Shown here: positions 12,319-34,500 of the stretch, piece by piece | How positions within the stretch are numbered: the stretch's first letter is position 1 | How the letters are laid out: each line of letters starts with the position of its first letter | Made by a program: the position numbers and the translations under genes | Notes under the pieces: model-generated | Seen by the model: only the letters and a program-made list of their open reading frames with translations | What the model was told of the DNA's origin: nothing | The model's database searches: none | Assembly (NCBI GenBank): GCA_039621445.1 | Contig: CP154954.1 | Span: forward strand, 5,987,693 to 6,051,692 | DNA: 64,000 nt | Direction of reading: 5' to 3' | Source: Euglena gracilis | Lineage: Eukaryota

Positions 12319-13293
12319 CAGGATTTATCCTAATGGACAAAAATTGTCATACCTTTGGTGTCTGGAAATTGGTAAAAGTTAAAAAATCCAAAAAAATCCA
12401 AAAAAACGAATTCGGGCTATTTACACACTTTTTGGGGAGATTATTTTCCTTTCCTAAGAATGCCGGGGGGGGGGGGGGGGCCCTTATTTTTGGGGTCTGT
12501 CGTGGGATTTTTTTTTTTGCCAAAAGTTGGCATTTTGGGGGTTTAACTTTGTTCGGTCTTAAATTAAGTTCCTCAAAGAAATTGGGTGGGGGGGGGCAAG
12601 CATGCAACTGGTACCCCGAGGGCAGCCACCGCCGAACAGCCTGGGAGGGGCGGGGCCGCCGAAGAAGGGCCTCGGCATTCCGCCGCCACCGGCTTCGATG
12701 GAGGGGCCGGGGCCGACGAAAGTGCCCCCCAGGAAGGGGCCGGACCACTGCGGGCCGCTTGCCCCAGCCGGTGGGCGACCGCCGGGCTTGCGGCCTGGCG
12801 TTCCATCGTATATGGGAAAGCGGCGGGAAATTTGTTGGAAAATTGCGGAGAATTGCGGAAACTCGCAGAAAACTCGCGGGAAAAAATCGCGGAAATTGCG
12901 GAAAATTGCGGAGAATTGCAGAAGAATTGCGGAAAACATGCAGAACGAATTGCGGAAAATTGTGGAAAAATTGTGGATATCACCCCCCCCAGGTCCATAA
13001 CCCCCCCCAATTAGAAGCCCCCCGGGGCTACATTCGGTCACTCTGCGGAAAACCCGGGGGGGGGGGGGGGGGCTTCTAATTGGGTACCCTTTGTCTAAAG
13101 GAAAAACCTTCAGCCAGCGGCCAACCCCCCCCCCCGGCATTCTTAGGAAAGGAAAATAATCCCCCCAAAAAGTGTGTAAATAGCCCGAATTGGTTTTTTT
13201 GGATATTTTTTTTGGATTTTTTAACTTTTATCAATTTCCAGACACCAAAGGTAGCATTTGCATGACAATTTTTGTCCATTAGGATAAATCCTG
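12319..13293. repeat. ~160-bp inverted repeat pair (12319-12480 / 13126-13293)
   Basis: CAGGATTTATCCTAATGGACAAAAATTGTCAT...AAGAATGCCGGGG and its reverse complement. Confidence 0.85.
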
Positions 13294-14332
13294 ACCGGGA
13301 TTTGAACGGGGTCCAAATTTAAAAATTTGCAAGATGCATTTTTTTCGAGTTTGGGTGGATAGGCTATGTTTCAAGGATACCAGATATCAATTTTGTTCCG
13401 ATGTCGACCTGTTTTCGTGGAGATTTTTCGAGGGCTTCACCATTTTTCGGAAAAATTTTGGTCAACTTTGTCGGCCGGCTTCGTCGGGGGGGGGGGGCAA
13501 TCATTTGGATTTTTCGCGGGAAACCCGGGGGCTTCTATTGGGGGGGGGGGGGGCTTTAATTGGGGGGGTTTACGCTGGCGAGGCGCTCGAAGCGGCGAAT
13601 CGTCTGTTTTGGGCATTCCCGCAAAGCCCCGGGGCTGGGGGGTGTGGTTATGGCGTGCTGGTGGGGTGGCGGTGGTGTGCTGGAATCTGCTGGACCTTCA
13701 AAAAGGGAGACACAAAAAATGCAAAAAAGGGCAAAAAAACGCAAATAAACGCGGAAAAAATGTAAGTTTCATGCAAAACCCTTTAAGAGATCCCCTGGGA
13801 CATGCACTTTCCCACTGGAGAGGACTGGGAAAAAAGTTTCGGCTCTGCTGGAGAAAACTGTCCATTTTGCAAATTTGGATAAAAAACCATTTTGTTAAAA
13901 TGCAACAGTGCCAAAAAAAAACTGACAAAATTCTTGATCTCGGGAGAAAATTGGGGCTAAAAAGATGATTTTTTCCTTGTCAAAAGTTTTTTCCAACAAA
14001 AAACCAAAAATCACCAGGAAACCCCCCCAAAAAACGCAAAAAAAACCCGCAAAAAATGAATTCCCGTTTCCCCCTAGGTCGCAGAGGCATCATCCCGGAG
14101 GTGTGAGAACCGGCCCGGGCGTGGAATAGCTGGTGACTGGCGGTGTCAGAGGGAAAGCACACAATGGGTACCCCCACTGGGTCATACGTGGATGGAGGGC
14201 GAAGCTTCCTGAGGCAAGGAGAGGGAAAGCAAGAGGATCAAACACACATTTGAAGCACAAATTTCACCGACCCAAAAACCTTTGTCAGATATAATAACAA
14301 CAAAACAACAACAACACCATGCTTTTTGAGTG

Positions 14333-14922
14333 CGGGGAACTTCTTACGGACCCCCCCCCCAGGGCGGTCCAAAAAGGCACTGGCGGGAGCCACCGGAATG
14401 GGGGTCCAGGGGGTTGGTCCGACCTGGCTGCCAGGCTGGACTGGGCTGGAACCGAGAACACCCAAATCCAGATGGGATGCCTAGACTAATTTAGACTAAA
14501 TTTTAGACTAAGTTAGATTAATTAATTTAATTAAATTTATTAAATTAGACTAAAATTTAGACAAAATTTTGAGATACTCCCCCAAAACTGTCGATTTCTG
14601 GAATCGTTTTTTTTTTTTTTGACATCCGTATGTTTTCACACCCTTGGGCACTCCCGCCGGCACATCGGAAGAATTATCCCAAGAACTGCAATGGGAACGC
14701 CCCAATCCCCCCAAAAATCCCCTTAAAAATGGACAGTTTGGTCATTTTTACCCCTGTTCAAAATTCGAGTCCCAGCCCAGCTCGAAAACTTCATTACTGC
14801 TCGACCCTCCCCCCCCCCCTCCTGGGTCGGGGGTTTGCAGCCTGGCTGGGAGTTGCTGGCTGGAAAACAGGTGCTGGCTGACCCTCCCCCAGGGTGGTGG
14901 ATCCAGCTTAAGAAATTCCCTG
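14333..14922. mobile_element. Old copy of the MITE family that forms introns at 16680-17477 and 59849-60250
   Basis: TIR CGGGGAACTTCTTA / TAAGAAATTCCCTG; internal TGCTGGCTGGAAAACAGGTGCTGG; flanks TTTGAGTG / CCTGGGCA differ only by transitions. Confidence 0.55.
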
Positions 14923-16662
14923 CCTGGGCAAGTGTTGGAGGTTGGGATTGGGGACGGGAGTTGGAATTGGGCGGATGCCTCAAAGTGGCCCCCTGGCACT
15001 TTCATTTTGATTAATTGGGGACACCAGGTGGCTGAATCCCAAAAGGGGAAACCATCAAAATTTGTTTTGGGCCAAGGGAGGTTGGCCCAAAGTCCCCCCA
15101 TGTTGTCCCGTGGACATTGTAATGCATCTACGGCCGAGGCCCATGGCAGATGTTGTAACCCCCCAAATAATTAAATTTATTATTTTGACACTTGAAATTG
15201 GGGTCCAGGGTGTTTAGAATTTGGGCAAAAATTTTCGAAGTCAAAAATCGACCCAAAACCCCTCCACAAGCTCCAATGGTCTTTTTTTTTGGCATTTTTG
15301 GGCCTTTTTGAAAAATGGGTGCCCTCTTTGGCATACTTTCTGCACCAATTTTTGTGATTCTTTGCAACATTTCTGCTGACTTTTTCCTCTTTTTTATTTC
15401 CCTTTGTCTTCACACCTGCCGGAGGGGGATTTATTATTTGGGTGGCCGAAGTCGGTCCTCAGAGGGGGTTTTGTTATTTTGGGGGGTTTATTATTTGGGG
15501 GGTTATTATTTGGGGGTTAAATGGACCGCCGCCTTCGGCAGCCGTAGGTGCTCTTTTATTTACCCTGCGCTTGTAGTGGCCCCGCGCTTCTATTAGGGGG
15601 GCCGGTTTACCAACGCCCTTCACAAGGAAAATCGTCCCCCCCAAAAAACGGGAATGGGTGGTGCGGTGATCTGGGGGGGGGGGGGTTGGCCGACCTCCCA
15701 TCCACAACCACCTGCCGGATTTCTGGGATTGCTGTCAAACCATGAGAGGCCAGTTGGATCTCAAACGCCATGGCCCCAAAGCAAAGAAATCTCCAACGAA
15801 ATAGTTGTTGCGAGACATCTGCATTAATTAATCCATTCATTATCAATGTATTGGATTTTTTCTTTCGAAAAATGTGCCGACACTATCTGCAACAAGGTTC
15901 GAGGTTTACAAAAATGAATTCCCAAACTGGACACCCCACCCTGTCCAAGACACAACAACGATCCAAGGACGTTGACAAAGTGTGTGTGTGTGTGCCTGTG
16001 CGTGTGGTGTGTGTGTGTGTGTGTGTGTGTGCGTGCGTGCGCGCGCGTGTGCGTGTGCGTGTGTGTGCGTGTGTGTGTGCCGACGACACGTTGTGTCAAC
16101 AGGAAAGGTACCATAAATTTTGGCACACATATTTGGCAAAATCAGCAAATTTGAGGGGAAAAAACATCAACAGCTCAGATGCACAGAATCAACAATTTTG
16201 CTTGTCAAAAAAAATCTCAAAATTTTTAGCAAAATATTCTCTGAAAATGTTGTTCCTGAATATTCCATTGACACGAGGCGCGTGTCAAAGACCCCGTGTG
16301 TCCCCGACAGGGGGGGGGGTTTGTCAACCCCAAAGCAGAAGCGTAGACGTTTGAGAAAATCTAAGGTGCACATGCGCACATACACACTGCACCCATTAAA
16401 AGGACATCGCAAACACAAACAAAATGCGGTCGTGCAGGATTTTTAGTCTGGAGGTGAGATTCCTCCGAAAAATGGTTGCAATTTTCTGAAAACCGAACGC
16501 AACGCTGATAAAACAGAGGCGACAGCAGCACAGGAGTTGTGCCCAGCCGTGCTGGCCGAGTACCCAAAGCAGCGTACAGCTGGACCGGTACGAGCCAATA
16601 AACGGGCGGATGCATATGGGTGTCGGAGATATGGATGGACCGAGCGGAAAACACCCGGACGG

Positions 16663-25891
<9,229 letters not shown>

Positions 25892-25893
25892 GG

Positions 25894-25915
25894 CTGGAGG
25901 GGGGGGAGGTAAATG
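25894..25915 (-). promoter_or_regulatory. Probable SL trans-splice acceptor of the SDR gene
   Basis: Minus strand TTTACCTCCCCCCCCCTCCAG|CC-ATG. Confidence 0.5.
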
Positions 25916-25990
25916 CATCGGGAGGGATTTGAAGGGTCAGATTTTGACCACCATTCCAAAAAAGTATGACCTCCCCTTCGGCCGACCCCA

Positions 25991-26107
25991 CAGGGCTGTA
26001 CGGGAAGGCCTGGTTGGACCCCCCCCCCATCCACCAGGAGGGAGGTGGTGGGGGGTGGTCGACCCCCCAATCACCCATGGGGTTGCGGGGATTCCTACAC
26101 AGCCCTG
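25991..26107. mobile_element. Short MITE of the CAGGGCTGT family (same family as intron element 46554-46911)
   Basis: CAGGGCTGTACGGGAAGGCCTGG ... GGGGATTCCTACACAGCCCTG; no clear TSD. Confidence 0.65.
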
Positions 26108-26631
26108 CTGACCTGTAAGCCCGGGCGGGGTTATAAATGAGGGGTTTACGGTTGTTTGTTTGACAGCTGGGCCAACAACCACCCTCTGGTACCCCCAGCA
26201 CAGCCTGCATTTGCGACCACACTCCGCTCCCGAGTTTGGACGGTTCTGTCATGACCACAACAGGCATTTGACACAGAATTTGCAGCAGGATGCAGCAAGC
26301 CCCCCCCCCCCCTCAATAGAAGCCCGATTTTTTTTTGTATTTTGGTGGATATATCAGGGGGGGCCTATTGGGTGCATGGGCAAACTTTGGTGAAGGTTTC
26401 TCCTTGTGTTGTTGGAGCTGAGACGGACAGGGGCTTCTGTGTATTGGTGGTTTGGTTTTCTCCTGCACATCTTTGCAGTTACTGCATTTTCTGTCAGGAT
26501 TTGATTCTTTGTGCTGGTTCACAAGCTGCTTAAACTGCTGCTGTTAGTTCGGCCCCGAGAGTTGTAACCTTGGGGGGGGGACCTGGAAAAAATTTGGCGT
26601 GTTGCACACGAACATTTTGTTGGTGGGACCT

Positions 26632-27280
26632 TGGGGATGTTTCCGCACCGCGTGCACCGTGTGCACCGCGTGGCACCACCGCGTGACAAGAATCAGGTAA
26701 AACCTAAAATGATTGAATGAGAGGAAAGCGCCTGCAAAAGCACCCATCGATTACAAAACTGCAATAAAAAGGTATTTTGGGTAAATTTGATCGTTTTGGC
26801 TTGTTTTTGGCCCAAAATCACCCGGCTTTGCCACCAGATCTCACCAAATCTGTCCCAATGGCCACTGAAGCTGTGCAAATGGCCACAAAATGGCCAAAAT
26901 TGGTCAAAAATGGGCAAAAAGTGGCTAAAAGCACTGAGAAATGACCTAAAATGGACACAAATATGCCAAACTGTCCAGAAGCATCCAAAATTGGTGTGAA
27001 TGAGCCAAAAATGCATTCAAACAGCCAAAAGCGGTCTAAATTGCCAAATGCAGCCCAAAGTGGCCAAAAGTGGTCAAAAATCGTCCAAAGTGGCCAAAAA
27101 AAAAGGCCAAAAAGACCAAAAGTTGCTGATTTGCAGGAAACCAGACAAAAAAAGAACGGAAGTGAACTACAGATGGGGCACTGGTGGAAATTTGTGAAAA
27201 TTGCACATTCGGAAATGATTCTTCTCACGCGGTGCACGCGGTGCGCCACGCGGTGCACGCGGTGTGGAAGCACCCCCCTG
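26632..27280. mobile_element. hAT-like element with subterminal (GCACCGCGT)n repeats
   Basis: ~60-bp inverted termini; flanks TGGGACCT / GGGGACCT (7/8). Confidence 0.65.
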
Positions 27281-30200
27281 GGGGACCTGCACAGTGACTC
27301 AGGGATTTTCTTGCTGGAAAGAATGCTGGCTGAATCCCTGATGGGGGCTGAGCCTGCCAAAAATCCGCTGATCTTTGACCCTGCCTGCGTTGTGGATGTA
27401 TTCACGTGAGGCTGTGTGTCCAGACAATACAATTTTTTTTACTGACCCCCATGAGGGTCACTTCCGTTCTTCAAAAAAACAGTCTGTAACCCCCCCCCCC
27501 GAGGTTGACCACCCCCTGATTCAGGGAAAATCGACCGGAAATGTGAAGAAAAAAATGTCCAGAAAAATCACCGGCGCCGGGTCACCTTGGTGTTTTTTTT
27601 TGCCGACCCCCTTGAGGGGGGGGGTTTGGGTGTTTGGGATTATTCAACACCCAGTCAGTCATCCCCCGTGGTGTGGCCCAGACCCGTTTTGGCGCTGGAA
27701 CAGAGTGTCAAGGCCAACAGGAAATCGCAACAGCTGCAGCAGTGTGGGGTTGGCAGAGGTCATCAAAGACTGTCTTCGGTAGAGGACAGCGGGCGAGCCC
27801 GCCATATGCCGTCAATGGGGGGGCGAGAAACGGGGCAGGGGGGCAAAGTCATTGGAATGCAACGCGGTGCAGAGGAGCCCACACGTCGGGCAAGCTCAGT
27901 GGGGAGGGGAGATGCAACGAGGCTCGTCAAAATATGCAACGAAGAAAAGACTGCAAAAATGCAAGTTGCATGCAAATTCATTTCGGAGCTCTGCGATGCT
28001 GCGCACTTTCATGGTGGAGAGACTCAGAAAGAAATTTTATCTCCTCCACAGAAAACTTTTCACTTGATTGCTTCCGCTTCAACTCAGTGGATACTTTGGA
28101 CAATTGTTTGCACCTTTTTCTCTAACCCTAAATAATAAAATATAAAAAAACATATATAAAACAGGCCATTTTTTCAGTAGAATGCCAAAAAAAAACCAAA
28201 AGAATGCAAAAAAAAGCCACACCAAAATACTTGTGCAAACTTGCAATGTGGCATAATTGGTTTGACCAGTTCCACACAATTATGTTTCATAGTCATTGAA
28301 ATTGGTCTGAGAATGTGTACATAGAACTTTCAGTTGTCTGGCAGTAGAGCAGTTTGCCTGTGCGATTGTTTTGCTTTGTCTTAGCTCAAAATGGCGTGGG
28401 AAAAGGAAAAATAATGGCAAAAAAATGATGTGCACAGGGAAGAATATTTCGGGAAAAATTAGGTGCTTTCCCAAATTTTAATTTCTAGTTTTTTAAATTT
28501 ATTTTTCATTTTCTTATGTACTGAAAATGGAGACTTCACATGATTCTTGGGTCTTGCAATGATCAAAGACCAGAATCTCATCATTCTGGTGCCTGAAGTT
28601 GAGGCTACGGGTAATTTTGGAGGTAACATATTCAGTCACCGGCACTTTACGCCGTCAGGGGCTTCTTAAATTTGAATGGGAGTTCTTGTTCTTGGATTTT
28701 TGCATCTGGGTTCTTTTGGGGCGGTGTTTTGGTGATAATTTTGGTGTGGACTACCTGTGAAGGCCAGTGAAAGATGACACAGGGCGGATGGACGAGATTA
28801 CGGAAGACAAAACTTACAAAAAAAACATGGGAAAACTTTGATGGTAGTTTTGCCTCCCGTTCCTGTCCAGACTGCACCAAACATAATCTATCACCGTCAG
28901 CTTGGAGGTCATGTCTGGCGAACCTCACGGTGCCACCCATCACTTACTTATGCCACCGCCATTCGCCAACAGCAGGTGTCCCCAAATAATTCACCCGGGG
29001 GAATATTACTTGGACATCCGAAGTTGGGGGCCAAGGAGGGATACTATTTTAGGTGTTTATTCATTGGATCCACTTACAATGACATCTTTACATAATTTCT
29101 GATTTTTAAACTTTTTTTTTTGACAATTTATTCAGGTAAATACTGCCATATTTTTTCGGTACCAGACATTTTTTCAAAAATATGTTGTTTTTGGACGGAA
29201 ATTGAGGATATTTTGCCTTGCTTGACCTTGATCACTGGGGTGTGGCAAGGGGGGTACCTAATTTGGACAGCTGAAATCCCTGGAGAGGGGGGTATATTAT
29301 TTGGGGCAGGCTTACACCATCGCACCACACTGTTCTACCCACATGTGGCTGGCGATCTGATTAGGGCGTTGGACAATCCGCAAAGAAAGGGCACAGCAAC
29401 GCAAGCACCCATGCAGGTGGCTGAGGCAAAAGGGGAAGGGGTGTATCGTGAAAAATCCCCAGGGAGGGGTGATGCCCCTCGGGACCGACTTCCCCTTTGT
29501 GGTGGGATGTGCATCTGCTCAAATAAAGAGCCAGCCCGATTTCAAGTCGCCAACAGAAGAACACGAGGGTGTTGGGACTCAGACCTAGCCCCGCGTTGCC
29601 TGCCCACCCGAAAAACGACCCGATTTGGCCCGATATTTCTGATTTTGCCCCGAAAAAAATCCCGGGAAATTTATGGGTCCCGGGGTGTTCCAAAATAGTT
29701 CTGGGAATATTCCACCCCGCTGATGCTTTAGGGGTACCCGTGACCTTTTCCATGAAAAAAACGTCGAAAAAAGGTGGGCAGACAACGGGGGCTAGGTCAG
29801 CCAGCACATGAGGCATAAAACGAGGATGACTGCCTTCGCATCAAGGTGAGACAACTCCATGATGATACACACCCACCAGGTCACCACTATCATGTGTGAT
29901 TTTCCATCATGACAAACGTTGAAGAATGGGAATACAAATCAAACAACAAAAATCCGAAAATCTCTCGTCAAACGTTCCCTTCAAACTGAGGTCAAGATGC
30001 TGTGGAATGCATTTTTGCTCTGGATGGAATGGCTATCCCAGGTGTTGGCATCGGTGGTGTGGGTGTGGGTGTTGGAGTTGGCGCTGGCGTTGGTTTTGGC
30101 ATTGTTTTTTTTGGCATTGGCTTGGGGCTGAGGTTTTGGTTTGTTTGCCCAAATGAACCACCGATAAGGTTGATCCGATCCATTTCTTTGAAAAAAATCC

Positions 30201-30875
30201 TGGGTTTGGATTTATGGCGCAGCAACAGTCGGCAACAAATCTAGCAATGACAAAAATGGAAGCACGCAAACTTTTGGGCAGTATGAGAAACTCAAGAAAA
30301 AAAGACAAAGGGGAGGCTGGACCGACCGCCCTGCCACCGGCATCCAGGACGAGGGCAGAATAGGAGAGGGTTGCTGGACCTGGCTGTCCGCTGAGGTGGT
30401 CGTCTGGGCGGACCCCCGCAGCAAAATCCCCCCCCCCCCCAGGCACCGTTGCACCATTTCATTGACCCCCCCCCCGGGAGATGGGAGAGGCTGTTCTAAG
30501 ACTCTGGAGAGGTCGGCACCCACCCCGATGCCCTCTGGGGGTGGTGGACCCGGGGGCTCCGAGGGGACTCGCCATTGGGAGGGGGTCCCAAAAACTTTCG
30601 GCGTTTCACAGCCCCCGCGTGTCCACTCAGGCCACTGAGGGGGGGGGGGCAGGACCCTGCTCCCCTGGTCATCAACCTTTTTGAAAAAAACCCTGTTTGG
30701 GGGGTCGGGAAGGCATCTTCCAGAAAAAGGGGGATGACTTCCCTGCCGAGTGGTTCGCCGGTGCCCACCAACCACAATCGCGTTGGCGGGGCGTTTGAAC
30801 CGAAGCCGACGCTTTTCACCAAAAATATCAAAGTTGAGTTGCTTTGCTTTGCTTTCATCAAGTTCGCACTGGGGA

Positions 30876-31231
30876 CAGGGTTCGATATAAAGGCAGGTGG
30901 GGGGGGGGTGGCCGGACCCCCTCCTCCAATCCAGTAGGGGTGGGAGGCACCCCCCTCTCCTGTACAATGGCGCAGTCAGGGTTACCAAAGCGCCAGGCCG
31001 AAAAAAACATTGCCCCCCCCCCCCCAATCGGCCAAAATGTCATTTTGTGCACCTTTGGGCAGAAATTTGCCAAAAAAAAGCACAAAATTTTCGGTGCAGC
31101 ACCGGAAGAAAAAACTTGACCTCTTTTGGGGGGTCCCAGATACCCCCGGGTCGGTCTGGACCCCCTTGGCAGTGGGGGGGGGGGGTGGACACCCCTCCTC
31201 TAACCCGTATAATCTCCTTATGTCGATCCTG
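30876..31231. mobile_element. MITE of the CAGGGTTCGATATAA family
   Basis: CAGGGTTCGATATAA ... TTATGTCGATCCTG; CTGGGGA repeated on both flanks; homologs at 37234-37625 and 60716-61049. Confidence 0.7.
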
Positions 31232-31584
31232 CTGGGGACGTTTACCAGAATTCTCTATGGAAAAAAAATGAGGCAATTCCCCCTGGGTTACACGACGACG
31301 TATAGGGACCCCCACCCCTGGTCGTCCACAATTGTGCCACAGTTAATGACTCACTTTGCTGTCAGATAATTAACGCCTGTTGCGTATGGCAGCAAGTTCC
31401 CCAGCCAGGCAAGCACAATCAAAGAAGGTAAGGAAATGGAGCAGGTCAGGGTCAGGCGGGTTGGTCTCCACCTCTGCTCTCACGCAGAGGGGGGTTTGCG
31501 CTAGGGTCAGCGATGCCCGACAGAGGCCAGGCTCATTGTGTTGAGGGGCGGACCGGATCGGCGGATCAGTGGGAGGGGAGAGCG

Positions 31585-34500
31585 TTACTCGCCGGGCGGA
31601 GGGAACACCTTGTCCTTGAAGGCGCCCCAGACAGGCTTCTTTTTAAGACCCCGGGGGGGGGAGGGGGGGTCCCCCCCCACCCACCCAGGGTGGCGCGGGA
31701 CCCCCCCCCGGGGGGGGGGGTCCGGTCCGGCCCGGACCCACCCACCCACCCCCCCTCCCCCCAGGGGGGGGGGTCTGCTGACTTAAAAAGAAGCCTGGCC
31801 CCAGAGCCCCGTCCAGCGAACCTCCCTCGGCTGCAGGGCGCCGGGCCAAACTGTCCGGCCAAGGGTCGAAGGACGCACGCCACCACCGACGCCAACGCCG
31901 ACGCCAACCCCGACGCCAACACCAACGTAAACGCCAACAACCACGCAAAAGGTCGGGGGAAAACGGCCCGAAAGCAACTGCCATGGGCAGAAAAAGTAAG
32001 GGTTGCAGGTGGACCGGTTGCGGAGGTTTCTTTCCCACTTGGGGGGTTCCAAAAAAAGGGCCAGAGTTGGGTGAAAGTTGGCTCTGCAGATCACGTTTTT
32101 TTCCCCATAACTTGTGCTGCTTTTTAGGTTCCTTTGCGCCCTTGATTTTCCGGATCACACTCATCAAACACAGTTCCTGCTTCAGGACCCCATAGAGGAT
32201 AAACAATCCCGGGGAAGCGGAAACGGGGCATGAGCAGGATCCCTGGCCAAAACAAAATCCAAAAACCGCATCTCTTTCATATGTCCCTCCCTGGACGGCC
32301 GTTTCCGCACTAAAGGCTTGTGACAAAGAACCCTCACCCCCCCCCGAAAAACATGGCGGGCGTGGCTGCCAGCGTTCGAAACCCCCAGGAAGGAATGGTG
32401 TGCACACATCACACTGTCCGACCGAGCGCACCTTTGCAAGTGGAGGCGCACCCCTCGTGCACGTGCCATCTGCACCCAATCGCGCGCATATGGGAAATTT
32501 CTGCAAAAATTGGCGAGTATTTCAGGGTTGGCCCCTGGGCTCCCAGTGTGGCCCAGAAACCCCCCAGAAAATGATCGACTGAAAACAAAAATTAAATTGC
32601 CAAAAATATACATTTAAAACATGTAAGGTATGAAAAAACTAAAGGAAATAGAGAGTAGAGCAGCCACAATACCTCCATTTGACTCCCAACTCCCCGAAAG
32701 CGTACTTTCAACTCTGCCAATTTGCTAAGGTGATTTTTTTAATGTTGGACCCCCGGGGGGAGAGGGGAGCAGGGTGGGTGGGTCCGCCGCAACCCCCCCC
32801 CCCCCCGGGGTGGTACCCGCAAGAGCCTTGTGGGTCCCCCGCTGGAGGCGGGACTTTGGCCCTAAATTCGGCGCCAAAATCGACCCAAAATTGACCCCAC
32901 CCTAAAATGGGCGACCATCCCCAGGTCTAAAAAAAAAATCCCTGGTGGATCCAGCTGGATTTGGGATTTGGTGCCAGTTTCTAGAAACGAGTCGAGCCCA
33001 GCCCAGGAGCTGGTGGGACCCACCCCTCTTGGGGGCAGCTCCTTTTTCCAGCTGGCTGGCTGGACCCCCCCCCCCGGGTCCTTAGGTTGTCCCCTGGTGA
33101 TGACTACAACATGAGTGTCACTCATTCCTCGTCACCTTGGGGCACGGCGAAGTTGGGGTAGCCCGGCGCACCTGGGCTGAGGTTTAAAAAAATTCTTTGA
33201 GAATTCTTTTTTGGAGTTTTCCCTTCTCCGGCTGAAAAATGCCAACCCAGCTGCATTCGGGCGTTTCCCCCATTTTTCTGTGTACCCTCCAGATCCAGCT
33301 GGCAGCCAGTTGGACCCCAACTGGACCCCTTTTCATTTTTGTCCACCAAAGAAAATTCTTGTGCACACCAAAGATTTCAGGTTCACCAGCCATTTGCGAA
33401 CGCACCGAATGAGCGTTGGCCAAGTTGTGACCCCAAAGGCATTATTTTGGGGGTGCCAGCCCCCCCCCCCCCTCGTTTGGATGTGACCAAATTTGAAGAC
33501 TGTGGATAGAAAATATGAAAATTCTTCAATTTCAGAGTTCATGAAAACTCATTTCTTGGTCATTCCCCAAACTCCAGAATGACCCAGAACAGGCTTGTGC
33601 TTGGGGGGTAGGGTTGTTGGGGGTGCCTGCCCATAGCAGGCACCCCCCCCCCCCGACCCCGGCGCCGAAGGCACCGGGGGCCGGAAAAGGCCATTTTCAA
33701 TTTTCAATGAAAATTTTCTGGTCCCCCCCTAACCCCCCCCCCCGGAGGTGTGTGGCTGTTAGGGAGCACCCCCCCCCCCGGTCGGTCCCGGGGGGGGGGT
33801 CAGATGGGGTGCTATGGGGTGCCTGCCCTAGCACCCCCCCCCCCCCGTGGGGTAGGCACCCGACTAAGCACAAGCCTGACTCAGAACCCCCCTCCACGAC
33901 TCAGTTGGTGCCTGCCTCCAAGCGCCTTCGGCGCCGAGGCTGAATTCTTCTAAGTCGTTTGGTCAGCCAGCCCCAGCAGTTCTTATAACCAACGTGTTTG
34001 TGAGTGTGTTGCAAGTGGGGGGTTGGACGCTTTTCGCCCAATAGTTGTGTCAGACCGTGTGTGTTAATGCACCGGATCTGTCCACTCCATGAGCTGGGGT
34101 TTGGGGTTTTTAGGCGGCGATGCAGACACGACAAACACTGTCGAGGGGTCCACGCCGCCTTTACGCCGCGGGTGCAGAGACAAGAAGCAGCGGTCGAAGG
34201 AATTCAGTTCGCACGGCAGGTGACAGAAACAAAATCCCTTCCCCGTCCGTGTTGGAAACCTGGGCCAAAGTCTGCCATTCGGTAGGGATTCCCTCAGTTT
34301 CGTGCTGAAGACGCCATGTCGCCATTCGTGATTCTTCGTGTTTTTTTTCGCGACTTTTCGTGATCTTTTTGTGACTTTTCGCGACTTTTCGAGATCTTTT
34401 TGTGACTTTTCGCGATTTTCGTGATTTCTTTTGTGACTTCGCTATTTTTCGTGATTTTTCGTGATTTTTCAGGATTTTCTATGGCACGAAACTGAGGCAA

